The position numbers and the translations under genes were made by a program. A stretch of DNA of 64,000 bases from Chiloscyllium plagiosum (Eukaryota): assembly GCF_004010195.1 (NCBI RefSeq), contig NC_057718.1, positions 103,447,946 through 103,511,945 on the forward strand, given 5' to 3'. The notes under the pieces are model-generated. The model ran no database searches. It was not told the DNA's origin and was given only the letters and a program-made list of their open reading frames with translations. This document shows positions 1 to 11,949 of this stretch, one piece after another (within the stretch, counting starts at the first letter, position 1; the number at the start of each line of letters is the position of its first letter).

Positions 1-375
1 ATATTTTTGGCCAGTTTACCTTCGTACCTCATTTTTTCTCTGCGTATTTCCTTCTTAGTAATCCTCTGTTGTTCTTTAAAAGCTTCCCAGTCCTCAGTTT
101 TCCCACTTATCTTTGCTATGTTATACTTTTTCTCTTTTGACTTTATATGTTTCTTAACTTGCCTCGTCAGCCACGGCCACCCCTGCCTCCTCATAGGATC
201 TTTCTTCCTTTTTGGAATGAACTGATCCTGCGTCTTCTGCATTATACACAGAAATATCTGTCACTGTTCCTCCACTGTCATCCCTGCTAAGGTATTGCAC
301 CATTGAACTTTGGCCAGCTCCTCCCTCATAATTCCATAGTTCCCTTTATTCAACTGAAATATTGTCACTTCATAT
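1..375 (-). mobile_element. CR1 LINE ORF2 fragment (EN-RT linker), runs off window start
   Basis: Minus strand reads ...QDQFIPKRKKDPMRRQGWPWLTRQVKKHIKSKEKKYNIAKISGKTEDWEAFKEQQRITKKEIRREKMRYEGKLAKNI, typical of CR1 ORF2. Confidence 0.85.
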
Positions 376-467
376 AGTATCACATCTCCCTAATGCACAT
401 TTTGTACAGAGTGTCACATACTTTTATTTAGGATAATGTTCCACATTGTGGTGAAATCAAAATTAAC

Positions 468-733
468 GAGTGTATAGAATGAGCTGCCAGAGGAAGTGTT
501 GGAGGCTGGTACAATTACAACATTGAAAAGGCATCTGGATGGGTACGTGAATAGGAAGGGTTTAGAGGGATATGGCCCAGAGGCTGGCAAATGGGGTTAG
601 ATTTATTTAAGGTATCGAGGGCCAAAGGGCCTGCACTGTGCTGTAATGTTCTATGATATCTGGTTGACATGGACGAGTTTGACCCAAGGGTCTGTTTCCA
701 CGCTGTACAACTTTATGACTCTCTGACTCTGTG
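468..733 (+). mobile_element. CR1 (HER1-like) 3' end
   Basis: NELPEEV.EAGTITT.KRHLDGY motif, 3' UTR and gactct(a/c)t tail repeats; close to the copy at 58770-59110. Confidence 0.85.
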
Positions 734-1529
734 CAAGACACCTTTGATGAAATTATTGTCTTTAAACTTGAGGCTTTAGCCTCTGTGAAGATGTTAGCTG
801 TGGGTTTTATCCAAGATTGTTTTCCTCTTCTGCTTACACAAATTCACCATTTTGCCATGGATGATGAGGAGACAATAGAAAATGGGTAAGGAGCTTTGAA
901 GGTAATTTAGAATTGAAAGCACAATTCATGTTATATACTTGCCAAGGGAGGATTTAAGGCTGCCTGCAATCAAGATGATTACTACTGCCCAATTATTCCT
1001 TTATGAGTGTTTGTTAATGTGAGCTTGATTGATGAATAATAGGGAGACAACAAGTTCCAAGCTATCCCCAGCAGTACATGGGTGACGGATAGGGTACCAC
1101 ATTTGTTTTATTAGGCAGGCAGAGAAGGTGAATAATTATATCACCACGGATTCTAATCGAAGCCCTGTGTTAGATGACGATGTGCTACACGATGCTAACC
1201 TTTATCTTTTTTTGGGATTTTGGCGATAAATGGATTTGATAGAGCAGATATAGACAAGCTGATCCCATAGCTGAGGAAATCCAGAACAACCCCAAATTTA
1301 AACCTCTCTTAATGCTGTCAACAACTTGCTGGACATGTTCACAAATAAAAACGTGTGTCGCAAGGACATCTCTTTCTTTAGCAGGAACTGCAATGGGAAA
1401 TACGATGTTAGTTAACTGTAATCAATCAGATATTTTGAAAATTGGCTGGAGCTCCTCGTTAACAATAGCATGATCAGGTTTCCCTGCAGTTAAATAAACT
1501 ACATCATGGCACAGGGTCACCACACCAAC

Positions 1530-1700
1530 AACCTGCATTTATAAAGCACCTTTAAGGTTTGTAAAACAATCCAAGGTGCTATGTGGGAGTGCTATTAAAT
1601 AAAATTTAATGCCAAGCCACTTCAGGAGATATTACGGTGGCCAAAAACTTGGTCCAAGTGTTATGTTTTAGGGAGCATCTTAAAGAAATACAGAGCTTTG
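1530..1700 (-). mobile_element. L2-like LINE 3' end, decayed
   Basis: Reverse of the gcgctatataaatgcaag-type tail plus upstream L2 3' sequence; similar to 33450-33650. Confidence 0.55.
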
Positions 1701-1891
1701 AGACAGTAATGGTGACCTGTATGCTTTTACTGAGCACTCCAGAATTAATCATCAACTTTGCATGAGAAATGAAGGGGACAGAAGGGAAGACTTAATGATC
1801 CAAGTGACTACATCGAAGACACCGGCGAAGAAACACTACATCCCTAACTGCAATAAAACCAACTAAGAATCTTTCCAGGCATATCCTGAAA

Positions 1892-1993
1892 GTGGGGTCG
1901 AGAGTGTCGTGCTGGAAAAGCACAGCAAGTCAAGCAGAATCCGACGAGCAGGAGAATCAACGTTTCGGACATAAGCCCTTCATCAGGAATGAA
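1892..1993 (-). mobile_element. Penelope-like terminal repeat, family A, with hammerhead motif
   Basis: Minus strand CCTGATGAAGGGCTTATGTCCGAAACGTT; flanked by ata(t/g)cctgaaa at 1881-1891 and 1994-2004. Confidence 0.8.
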
Positions 1994-2370
1994 ATAGCCT
2001 GAAACTAGTCAAGATATTGTGTGTGAGAAAGTTAGCCTATTAGATGTTGCTAGGTGAGGAAATTTATCATCTATGCTTATTTCATAAAGTAAGCAGATCA
2101 ATTTATAGCAAAAATTCAATCATATATTTTTATGTTTTGTGATAATATCTTCATAATGGGTCTATGAGAAAACAGCTTTGCTGTTTTACAGTGAGCCAAA
2201 TTTACTCGAAAAATTAAAAATATTGATCGCAGGAGCGATAGTTTGAAGTGTATTCATTCACAATGGGAAATGTGTGGGACGATACAGTTTATCATAACCA
2301 TAAATCTATTCCATTTTCCACATGAGAGAAGTCACGAGGGGAAGAAAAGAAAGATTAAACTGGCTCATAC

Positions 2371-3002
2371 TGTCATGGACCTGACCAAACCCCCTCAGAA
2401 TATATGAAGAAGATCGCTTAGACCCTAACTTTTTCTTATTTATAAGGTAAGTGATGCATTCCAGATGCAATTCAATTGGTCAAGCTACTCAATTTTAAGC
2501 AAAACATGCTTTATTTTTACATGACAATTAAAATACAGACAAAATAAAAAGAAAAGAATTGGCTTAATTGTAACTCTATCAAAATACTTAACAAAACAAT
2601 AGATATATTGACTTCTAAACAGTAACTGTTCCAATATATTAACATCCCATAAACACACCCTTGGCAAAGGCAAATTCAGTAAGACAGATTGTCTCACATG
2701 CGATTCTAGCAGCAGGAAGAGAACCCCAGCTTTTAGCTGTAACAGAGAGAGGAATAAGAGCTTCCACATACAGCTTCAAGACCCCAGCAATTGCAGAAAG
2801 CCAAAACTAAAAGTCCTGGATCTGTGGGAGCTCAATGCCACCCATTCAGGCTGCTTCTATTATTTCAACTTTAGAAAGAACCCAAGGCCTCACAAGCTGT
2901 TTACTTTATTGGCTTTGAGAAGACTGCTCATCACCTCTATCTCAACCTTTCTTCATTAAAAAAAGAACAAAATACACTGCTTAAAGTCATACTATTGTTA
3001 TA
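2371..3002 (-). mobile_element. Probable solo LTR (~630 bp)
   Basis: Starts TGTCAT, ends GTTATA (decayed ...CA); 4-bp duplication ATAC at 2367-2370 and 3003-3006; minus-strand AATAAA near 2510. Confidence 0.55.
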
Positions 3003-3914
3003 ATACCTTCATGTGAAAGAAACATGAGCACTGCGAAGGTAATGAGAGAGTTCGCGCTGATGCAGACCAGGCTATTGAGAACACATGATGCCGTACAGAA
3101 GCATGGTGGATATTTAAAATGAAAAAATGAATGTACAAGATACAGGACACATTGTTAATGCAACCTCATATTATTTAACTCAGATGTGACAAGCTACCTT
3201 AAGGTTTCTACCGTATGACGAGTTTCTAATGGGAATATAAAACACTGTCTCAGCAATCAATACAGGGAGAGACAATGGGCAATAAAAGAGCATTATTTTC
3301 CATTGACATACACTTGCATGTTCTTTGTGTAAGCCACCTTTTACCTTTAGAATAAATCAGTGTAAGACTGCACTTCTGTTTGCTTATTTGTCTCGTCAAT
3401 TTTTCGACACACTGCACTCTTGAAATCAAGGTATTTATAGAGCTACAAGGTGTTCATTTCATCATAGGAACAGACATGGAGTATGCTGAGGTGGAGAGAG
3501 AATCAAACAGTCTTGCTGTTGTAACAGCAGGGAGAAATCAGGATGAAAAAGTGCCATCTGGGCAAAGTGTTTTTGTTGGCAGGGAGTTTGCAAACAGTCA
3601 GTACGATGGAGCTCCCAGTTTTGAATGTTTACACCCTTCCGTTTCCATTGGGAGCCTGTGATGTGGTTATGCAGAGAGGTGCCACAACCGTGAGAGGGTT
3701 GACTCGGCACGACAGCACTGGTTCCCTTTAGGCTCATTCCAACACGAGGCTGCAGTTAAGGTAAACTCACAAAATACTGGTGGGCAGGTCCTTCCATTCA
3801 GGAACATGTGAAAATGTGCTCGCTTCTTACTCCTCAGGAACCAAAACGCAACAAGAACATGCAAAATGCTTAAGTTCTGCATTGCAGACAATACTGTACC
3901 CGAGGAAATTATTT

Positions 3915-4135
3915 ACATTAGACGATATTTTATTTTAGATGATAATCTAGTTTAGATTGTATTACACCTTAGATAATAATCTAGTTTGGACAATAGTCTA
4001 GTTTACATAATAGCCTTTTTAAACAATTGACTATCTTAGACTATATTCTACTTCAGATAATAGTTTAGCCAATAGTCTAGATTAGATAATAGTCTAACTT
4101 ATACAGTAGTCTCTCTTAGATGATAATCTATATTC
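3915..4135. repeat. Degenerate AT-rich minisatellite, ~16-17 bp unit (ttagataatagtctagt-like)
   Basis: About a dozen imperfect tandem copies visible. Confidence 0.75.
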
Positions 4136-4159
4136 CTCAAATAAAAACAGTAATAATGC

Positions 4160-4256
4160 TTCTGGATCAGTGGTGCTGGAAGAGCACAGCAATTCAGGCA
4201 GCATCCGACGAGCAGCAAAATCGACGTTTCGGGCAAAAGCCCTTCATCAGGAATAA
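4160..4256 (-). mobile_element. Penelope-like family A terminal fragment with intact hammerhead core (4219-4254)
   Basis: Minus strand ATTC-CTGATGA-A-GGGC-TTTT-GCCC-GAAACGTC-GATT. Confidence 0.8.
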
Positions 4257-4329
4257 AAAGGAGGCCTGGCTCTCTCATATGGTAGATGTGTTTATCTCAG
4301 ACAGTGCATGCATTTTGTTTCGTTTGTAA

Positions 4330-4577
4330 TGTAGATCCTGAACTGTGTCCTGCTGTCACTTGTATGTGCACTGATTGTAGTCAATTCAAACAGTATGAGT
4401 TCCCTGATTGGGGCTGTTAACCCAGCCCAATCAGGGAGCCCTGGCTGGCAGATATAAACAGGAGTGTGTTCACTCTGAGAGCTGGCTTTGAGGGAGCCGG
4501 ATCAGTGTCAAGGGCTCTTCCCAGGTAAATAAAAGGTGACTTGGTGATGGGATACTGATCTCTGTGGGGTTATTTCA
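4330..4577 (+). mobile_element. Short solo LTR (248 bp), Gypsy-like
   Basis: TG...CA ends; 4-bp TSD GTAA at 4326-4329 and 4578-4581; TATAAA 4453-4458; AATAAA 4528-4533. Confidence 0.8.
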
Positions 4578-4639
4578 GTAAAATTGCATTCTACTGTGTA
4601 TACATTGAGTTCTATCAAGTCTTCAGGACGGGAACTGGC

Positions 4640-5150
4640 CACTCAAATCAACTGGTCCATGCTAATGTCTATGTTCTACATGTGGTTCTCCAACTGGTCT
4701 TCGCCTTACCCTATAAACACATATTTCCATTCCTTTCTCCCTGGTGCGTGAACTGACTTTCTCCTTTAAATGCTTCCATACTGTTAACCTCAAACAATCT
4801 TTCTGACAGCAAGTTCCATACTCTTCCCACTGTCTGGAATTCCCTATTGCATCTATCTGTGACCATCTGATATTTATGATCTTTCATTTTCCTTTCCCTG
4901 ACAAGAATAAATATTTTCTTTATAATCAAACTCTTACATTGTTTTAAAGACTTCCAATATTTTCTTTTTCGGAAAAAGAGACCAAGTCTGTTTAATCTTT
5001 CATGATGATGATAGCCTCTCAGCTCTGATACCAAGCCTCCAATTCCATTTTCGATCCTGGCCAGTCCGTTGATATTCATTTTTCTTTGTGATCCAGAAAC
5101 CCTTGTGGCCTGCCAGGTGTTGTGCAGTGTGGTCAGTAACTGCCCTGTTT
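4640..5150 (-). mobile_element. Decayed CR1 3' region
   Basis: ORF track shows RLNRLGLF and VWNLLSERLFEVNSMEAFK, matching the CR1 ORF2 C-terminus. Confidence 0.65.
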
Positions 5151-5168
5151 TGAACTCCTGACATTGAG

Positions 5169-5369
5169 GAGAGAGTGAGGACTGCAGATGCTGAAGAGTC
5201 AGAGTCGAAAAGGGAGGTGCTGGAAAAGCACAGCCGGTCAGGCAGCATCCGAGGAGCAGGAGAGTCAACATTTCGGGAATAAGCCCTTCATCAGTGCCCT
5301 TCCTGCTCTCCCTCTCCTGCTCTTCGGATGCTGCCCGACCCGTTGTACGTCTCCAGCAACACACCCTTC
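5169..5369. mobile_element. Penelope-like family A fold-back mini-element
   Basis: Terminal repeat followed by partial inverted copy; imperfect 16-bp duplication at 5153-5168 and 5370-5385. Confidence 0.75.
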
Positions 5370-6287
5370 AACTCTTAACGTTGAGACCAACTGAGCAAAT
5401 CTGGGGCCATTGAAGGTCAGTGCCACTGGACACCATGACTCTCACATTAATGCTGCTTACCCACACCACCTATACTTAGTGCTTTAGAACCGAGGCAGCC
5501 TATCCTTCAGCTCTTTAAACTTTCCTTTTTATCGTATGGTAATGTTTTTGCTTCCATATCAATCAAACACAGAGAACAGCGAGGCACTGCCTTTTCGAGC
5601 CAGAAGTCTTGCATTTTAAAATTGACATAACTAGTAGACAGGAGTTCAGCATTTGCACTGGAATATTATAAGGTTCCGCAAATAACCATTTTTTAAGCTT
5701 ATAAACTAATTGCAATTAATTAGCAGTTCATTTATCTTTCTTTAACAGGTTACAGTTAAATTTAAGGGATCTCTACGTACCATTAGATACAGAAGAAGAA
5801 AGAAAGAAAGGGAGAAATTAAATAATAAACCTGTGTCCAGAAAACAAGGAGTTAGGAACACTTTCAAAATGCACTCATTCCATGTAAAACACACCCTATC
5901 AGGGATTCGATCCAGCTAAGCTAATCCCACAAGGGAATGTGCTGTTTAAATACTCCCTGGACCCCAAAGGTAATCAAGGCAAACTCCTTCATCTTCATTA
6001 TTATTCAAATTCTCACTATTAAACCCCAATCAGGAGCCTTTGACAGGAAATCCGTGCCCTCATCCTCCCTGTGAAACACAGAATTCAAGGAACTGAGGGG
6101 CGGGTTCTGGGGAGGTGTGGGTCAACTCTGATTCATGGAATACCAGTGCACTGGCAATTCGTAATATGATGTAACTACTCACAGCACTTCCATGCACTGG
6201 AATCTAACATGTTTTGGCACAGATTTTAAAATGTCGCACTAACTTGGAATTGTGTTTCTTCCAGAGTACACTGTTAAACTGGGGACA

Positions 6288-6405
6288 TGATGTAGAGGAG
6301 CCAGTGTTGGACTGGGGTGGACAAAGTTAAAAAATCACACAACACAAGGTTACAGAATCCAAACAAACCTGTTGGACTATAACCTGGTGTTGTGCGATTT
6401 TAAAC
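6288..6405. mobile_element. Penelope-like family C fold-back fragment
   Basis: gtgttggactggggtggacaaagttaaaaaatcacacaacac followed by inverted ...ggtgttgtgcgattttaa; flanks ttaaact(g/a)gggaca duplicated. Confidence 0.6.
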
Positions 6406-6944
6406 TAGGGACAGATGGGGATGACCTTGAATAGGGGGACAGGAAACAGCAGAAACCAATATCATTTAAATTTAAAACTCCATCCAAATGTACTGCCCCA
6501 AAATCAGCCACGTTTTGGAGATGTTCTGGTTAAACTCTCGAAATATTTGGATCTTCCTCATGCTGTGGCGATGCAACTGGGCCGACAGAGAGCGGTACTA
6601 TCGAGTCATTGATAAGGCAGGCTTTCTTTGTTCAGTCTGAAACCTTTTCCCTGACTCTGTTACACCTGGCTCCAGCAAGAAAACAAAGCTGAGGAAATGT
6701 TGCCGGCTTTTGCAATTCCTGACAGTTATCTACAAAGAGTGCAAGTTCTCTTCTCTGCCTCCCATCCGCTCTTGTGATCTTAAAGTATGGGCAAGAGTTA
6801 ACTGGAGCAACATTTCAATTCATTTTCAATTCAATCCCATTCAATACAGCACTGGAAAAGGCTTTTGGGCCCAAGCCTACGAAGAATTCTAGTCCTTATT
6901 TAGATCCGCTGCTTATTATGCTGCTAATGACGAGAATGAGGGTA

Positions 6945-7420
6945 GGTCCGATCAAGGACAGTAGTGGGAGACTGTGTATTGAGTCGGAAGAGATAGGAGA
7001 GGTCTTGAACAAGGTTCTGTGCTGTATTGTTCTATGTTCTATCTATGTTCTATTATCCGTGTGCACTATCTACCCCTCTGTTCCACCTCACGTTCATGTG
7101 TGTCTTGTCAAGATACGCTTTAAACGTTACTAACGTGCCTGCTTCCACCACCTCCACTGGAAGTGTATTCCAGATGCCCACCTCCCTCTGGGTGAAAAAT
7201 GTTCTCCACACTTCTCCCTAAACATTTCCCCTGTCACCTTGAAACTGTGCCCTCTTGTAGTTGACCTTTCCACTCTGGGAAAAAGCCTCTGACTATCCAC
7301 CCTTCTATGCTTCCAATTATTTTATAGACCCTTATCAGGTCCTTCCTCAGCCTCCGTCTTTCCAATGAAAACAACCCGAGTTTATCCAACCTCTCCTCAT
7401 AACTAAAACCCTCCAGACCA
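6945..7420. mobile_element. CR1 fragments (+ strand ORF2 piece 6945-7010, - strand 3' end 7010-7420)
   Basis: RVGPIKDSSGRLCIESEEIGEVLN on +; GLEGFSYEERLDKLGLFSLERRRLRKDLI on -. Confidence 0.85.
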
Positions 7421-7729
7421 GCGAGCATGCACAATGGCACGGCAATTTTAACACATTCAAAAACATCATTAAGAATAAAACTTGGTTGAGTTTCAGTGAC
7501 CAACATCCTCCAGCTGAAAAGTGAGCATGTTTGTGTAAACCCCCTTGTAGCTAGTTGGTGGAAGAAGAATCCAAAGCCAATCTTTAGTTGGGATAGATTT
7601 ATTCCCAGAGTGAAACTTTAAAGGACCTATCTCCTGAGTCCATTCCAAACTGCGTTCATTGAAGAGCTCAAGCAAACATTGCAATCAACTCCTTCCACCC
7701 ATATCTAATGGAGAAATGTTGAAAAGAGA

Positions 7730-8150
7730 AGCACATGTAGGCCATTTGGCCCTTTGAGCCTGTCCTACCATTCAATCTGATTATTGCTGATCATCCAACT
7801 CAGTCCCCTGTTCCCATTTTTTCCCCATACTCTTTGATCCCTTTATCCCTAAGAAATGTTCCTAACTCCTTCCTCTTCTTAAAAAGTACTGATAGAATCA
7901 CAGAATTGTCACGGCTCAGGAGAAGGCCATTTGATCCATTGTGTCCACACCAGCTCTTCATTTGAGTTATCATGACCTAATGCCAATCGCCTGCCTTTTC
8001 CCCATATCCTTATAAACTGTTTCTACCCAAACAAACATCCAATGTTCCTCTTGAATGCCTCAATTGAACCTGCCTCCACCACTTTTCTAGGCAGTGCATT
8101 CCAGACCCACTGAATGAAAATGATATTTCTCATTTCACTTTTTGCTCCTT
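7730..8150 (-). mobile_element. Two decayed CR1 3' ends
   Basis: Reverse of CR1 3' UTRs (gtaggccatt.ggcc..., atagaatcacagaat tail). Confidence 0.65.
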
Positions 8151-8320
8151 CTGCAAGTTAATATCAATTGACACCAAGTAGCCATCTCAAATCCCTGTAT
8201 GGACCCTACCTGAGTGAATGAGGGACCTGACCTCTGGTAAACTCTTTGTCTAAGCTGGTCTGAAACAAAGAGTTGAGGGAAGGGTTTCTTTTGGTATCCA
8301 ACAATAAAAGCTCATCTTTT

Positions 8321-8676
8321 GCGGCATGGTGGCTCAGTGGCCAGCACTGCTGCCCCACAGCGCCAAAGACCCAGGCTCAATTCCAGCCTCAGGCAACCTC
8401 CCGTGTGGAGTTTGCATATTCTCCCCGTGAATGCATGGGTTTCCTCCGGGTGCTCCGGCCTCCCCCCACAATCCAAAGATGTGCAGATTAGGCGAATCGG
8501 CCACGCCAGACCACACATAGTGTTCGGGGATGTGTTGGTTAGGTGCATTAGTCAGGGGCAAATGTAGTGTAATGGAGTAGGGGAATGGATCTGGGTGGGC
8601 TAGTCCCCGGAGACTCGGCGCAAACCCGCCGGGCCAAATGGCCTGTTTCCACACTGTAGGGATTCTATGCTTCTAT
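8321..8676 (+). mobile_element. HE1-type V-SINE, full length
   Basis: tRNA-like head ggtggctcagtgg..., V-domain gtgtggagtttgca...gggtttcctccgggtgctccgg, CR1-derived tail. Confidence 0.9.
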
Positions 8677-8729
8677 GAATCCACTGTCGAGGCAAGAGGG
8701 AGCGTTTGTTGATTGTCCTGGTTTCATTG

Positions 8730-8856
8730 AAGGAGAAAGTGAGGACTGCAAATGCTCCTTGGATGCTGCCTGACCTGCTGCGCTTCTCCAGCAACACATT
8801 TCCAGCTCTGATCTCCAGCATCTGCAGTTCTCACTTTCTCCTAGAAGATTTTAACC
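8730..8856. mobile_element. Penelope-like family A fold-back mini-element
   Basis: Inverted ends aggagaaagtgaggactgca / tgcagttctcactttctcct; perfect 16-bp TSD tgtcctggtttcattg at 8714-8729 and 8857-8872. Confidence 0.85.
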
Positions 8857-9574
8857 TGTCCTGGTTTCATTGCACACATTACCTCTCAGTGCGCAAGCAG
8901 TAATGACGGTCACTGAAACCTTCTCAGGTGAAGCAAATAAGATGAAATCCAGGTGAGTCCTGGCTCTCCCAAACTGATTTTCGGTTTGGAGATTTGCTGT
9001 AAGTAACTGACACATCACCTTCTGCTTCACGGGATGAGTATTTCACAGTTTTAACCACAAGAGCAGGACACTGCTGTCCGCAAAATGAGGTTCCTTTACT
9101 CGTTCTGTTCAGAACAGCACTTGCATAATGCTTGCCAGCAAAGGCAAATACATCGAGCTTTGTCCTAAAAGGTTTTGAAAATGAGAGCCAGATGTATAAT
9201 GCCATATGAAGCAGAGAAGTACAGAGAGCTTGCTATCTGGTCAGTGCTGTGATGAGTGATCCCTGTCATGGCAGCTTTGGGAACTATTCTAGAAACAGAT
9301 GTATTTTAAAATTGTATGGACCATTGTCAACACTGGTGGATGATTTCCAAACACGTAGTTCTGTGCTACCTTAATTCTTCCTTCATCTGTAGTTACACAG
9401 AGAGAGACTTATCTCTTTATGTGTTACTTCTGCAGAGATTGCTAGCTCCAATTCTGAGCCCCATACTTTGATTCAATTTGCATATAAATCTAAATCTCCT
9501 TCTTGAGTTCTTTGCCTGAGGAAGGTCCTAAACAGCGTGCCACAGCCTTGGACCACAACCAGCGTGAGGAACCT

Positions 9575-9730
9575 GGGAACAGGAATATGCCATTCAGCCC
9601 CGCGAGCTGGTCCTGCCATTCAATGATATCTTGGCTGAACTTGACCTAACTCCATATACCTGCCTTTGGCTTAATACCTTTGCTTAAAAAAATCTATTAC
9701 AGATTTAAAATGAAGACAGATCCCAAATCC
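9575..9730 (-). mobile_element. CR1 3' UTR fragment
   Basis: Matches other CR1 3' ends in the window (e.g. 33150-33278). Confidence 0.6.
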
Positions 9731-9740
9731 AGCCAGGTTA

Positions 9741-10035
9741 GATTAGATTACTTACAGTGTGGAAAAAGGCCCTTCGACCCAACAAGTCCACACTGACCCT
9801 CCGAAGAGCAACCCACCCAGACCCATTCCCCTTCATTTACCCCTTCACCTAACACTACAGGCAATTTAGCATGGCCAATTCATCTAACCTGCACATCTTT
9901 GGCCTATGGGAGGAAACCGGAGCACCCGGAGGAAACCCATGCAGACACACAGACAGTTGCCCGAGGTGGGAATTGAACCCGTGTCTCTGGCTCTGAGAGG
10001 CACCAGTGCTAACCACTGTGCCACTGTGCTGCCCA
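9741..10035 (-). mobile_element. HE1-type V-SINE
   Basis: Reverse complement of the 8321-8676 type. Confidence 0.9.
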
Positions 10036-10159
10036 TACAATGGGGATCAAAACCCATACTGTTGGCACCAATTTAATTCACATCTGAAGAAATCTGCCTC
10101 CAATGAATCTGAGTTACTCTGACAACACACACCTTTACATAAGCATTGTAGCCTGGAGC

Positions 10160-10395
10160 TATGGGTGGTCATGGGAGTGGTTCTAATTTGCTTCCCCCAC
10201 CTATCGAGAAATCTCTCTCAGTCTTAATGCCCTCCTTTAGCCGGTACCGAAGGGATTTACAAGTTGAACCTTGACCTGTTCTGGGCTGCATTATGTATGC
10301 ACCTTCCTTGACCATCACGCCCTGGAGTAGGACTGAAACAAAGAGTTTCTGGTTTATAGGCAGGGACACTACCATTACACCACAAGACCTCCTAT
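10160..10395 (-). mobile_element. tRNA-headed SINE, decayed
   Basis: Minus strand ggaggtcttgtggtgtaatggtagtgtccct... A-box-like head; related copy near 25300-25500. Confidence 0.5.
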
Positions 10396-10769
10396 AAATA
10401 AGGTAAGGTAACGAGCTACGTCTACAAGGGGTGAATGGTACCTCTCTTGGTTAGATGGTTGGGTAGCTTCAAGAGCATGTCAAGTATGGGGCAAGGCACT
10501 GAGGAAGGTCTCAATGAATGGGCATTGGATGATTATTTGGATAGAAATAATGTGTAAGGTTATGGCAAGACAGCAGGGGATTGGCAGTACATAATGATGC
10601 TCCTTTGAACAGCTGGCATAGGCACAGTGGGCTGAGTGGCCTCTTTATGTACCAGCTGTTAGGGTCATTCCACACCATCCTCAAACCAACTGAACTAACC
10701 AACTCCCACAACCGGAACTAAATTTAACTAATAATTGACAAAATATAGTCTCAGACGCAGAAATAGAAT

Positions 10770-10890
10770 GATGGATTGCATTTATAGAGCACTGTTCACA
10801 ATTTTAAGATGTCCCAAAGGTCTTTACAGCTAATGAGTATTTTTCTGAAGTATAGTCACTACCAGAAATGCAGCAGCACAATTTCAAATT
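10770..10890 (-). mobile_element. Deu-domain SINE / L2-type tail
   Basis: Reverse of agtgactatacttcag...cattagctgtaaagacctttgggacatc...gctctataaatgcaa. Confidence 0.6.
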
Positions 10891-11949
10891 GCCACCCACT
10901 CACCTGACCATGAACCTTCAATACCACATCAATGTTGATCATGAGATCACTGGATTATAAAATAAACTGAATGTTCTAATGGGAAGAGTCCAAGCATTTG
11001 CAGTCTATCTTTGTAACTGTAATAATCTGATCTGTGAAACCATTTTTACGAATCTCTTCTGTACCCTTCTTCATTTCCTTACAGAAATGTCCTTGTGGTG
11101 TCCAGAATTGGCACTATGCCCCAACTGAAGCTGCGCTAGCGTTTCATACAGGTTTAGCATTGTCTCCTGGCTTTTCTGCTCTTATGGCCTTACTTACAAA
11201 GGCCAGGGTTGTCATCCTGATGAAGAAACCACTCCTAGCTGTGATTTCTTTTTAATTCATTCACAGGATGAGGGTGTCGCTGCATTTGTTGCCTATCCCG
11301 AATTGTCCTGAGGGCAGCTAAGAGTTGATCACAAAGCACATGGACTATTACACTTTGAGCGTGCAAATAAATGCAAACTGCACTGTGCCCGGTTCTGATC
11401 CCTTCTGAATATTCCCCATCTCTCTTCTGCAAGGATAGGCCTGTGCCTTCCACCCAAAGCCCATCTGTTGCACACTATGTAACAGCACCAGTGCTCCACA
11501 AGATGAGTATTTTTTGTTTTTATTTGCATTTCATGAATTCCCACATGTTGTGCTCCTGCCAGTAATTTATGACTGATCTGCGCTCAACCTGCCCCTCAGC
11601 ATTTTTATTAAATCTCTGCAGCACAGATTTACAGTAACCTGTCATTAATAATACAAAAACATGCATATGCCCTAACAAATTTCACAGCACAGTATGCGGT
11701 AATGCAGTGTGGGCAATTGCATAATGTTGCCCAGCACATTGACAGTAACTTGAAGTGTTGCTTTAGTGATGCCTTTGTTTAATGTTGTTCAAGCCCGGAA
11801 ACCCTCAGAAGAAGCCTCCAAACAAGTATTCCTTCACAAGTTTCAAACAGGGTGAAAGCCGTGCTGTTGGGTTGTGGATGGGCAAAGCTGATGGACTGTC
11901 CTCATAAAAGATTCCCACCAACCAACAGTCGGTTTTCAACATGAACACC

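Noticed and set aside
3915..4135. Repeat array as possible CRISPR-like structure
   Set aside because: Degenerate tandem units without unique spacers, in a eukaryotic context
4711..5364. 217-aa minus-strand ORF
   Set aside because: Chance read-through of a PLE fold-back into a decayed CR1
5530..6280. Possible additional solo LTR
   Set aside because: Could not identify TG..CA ends or a TSD
8321..8400. tRNA gene calls at SINE heads
   Set aside because: A/B boxes continue into SINE bodies; no complete cloverleaf
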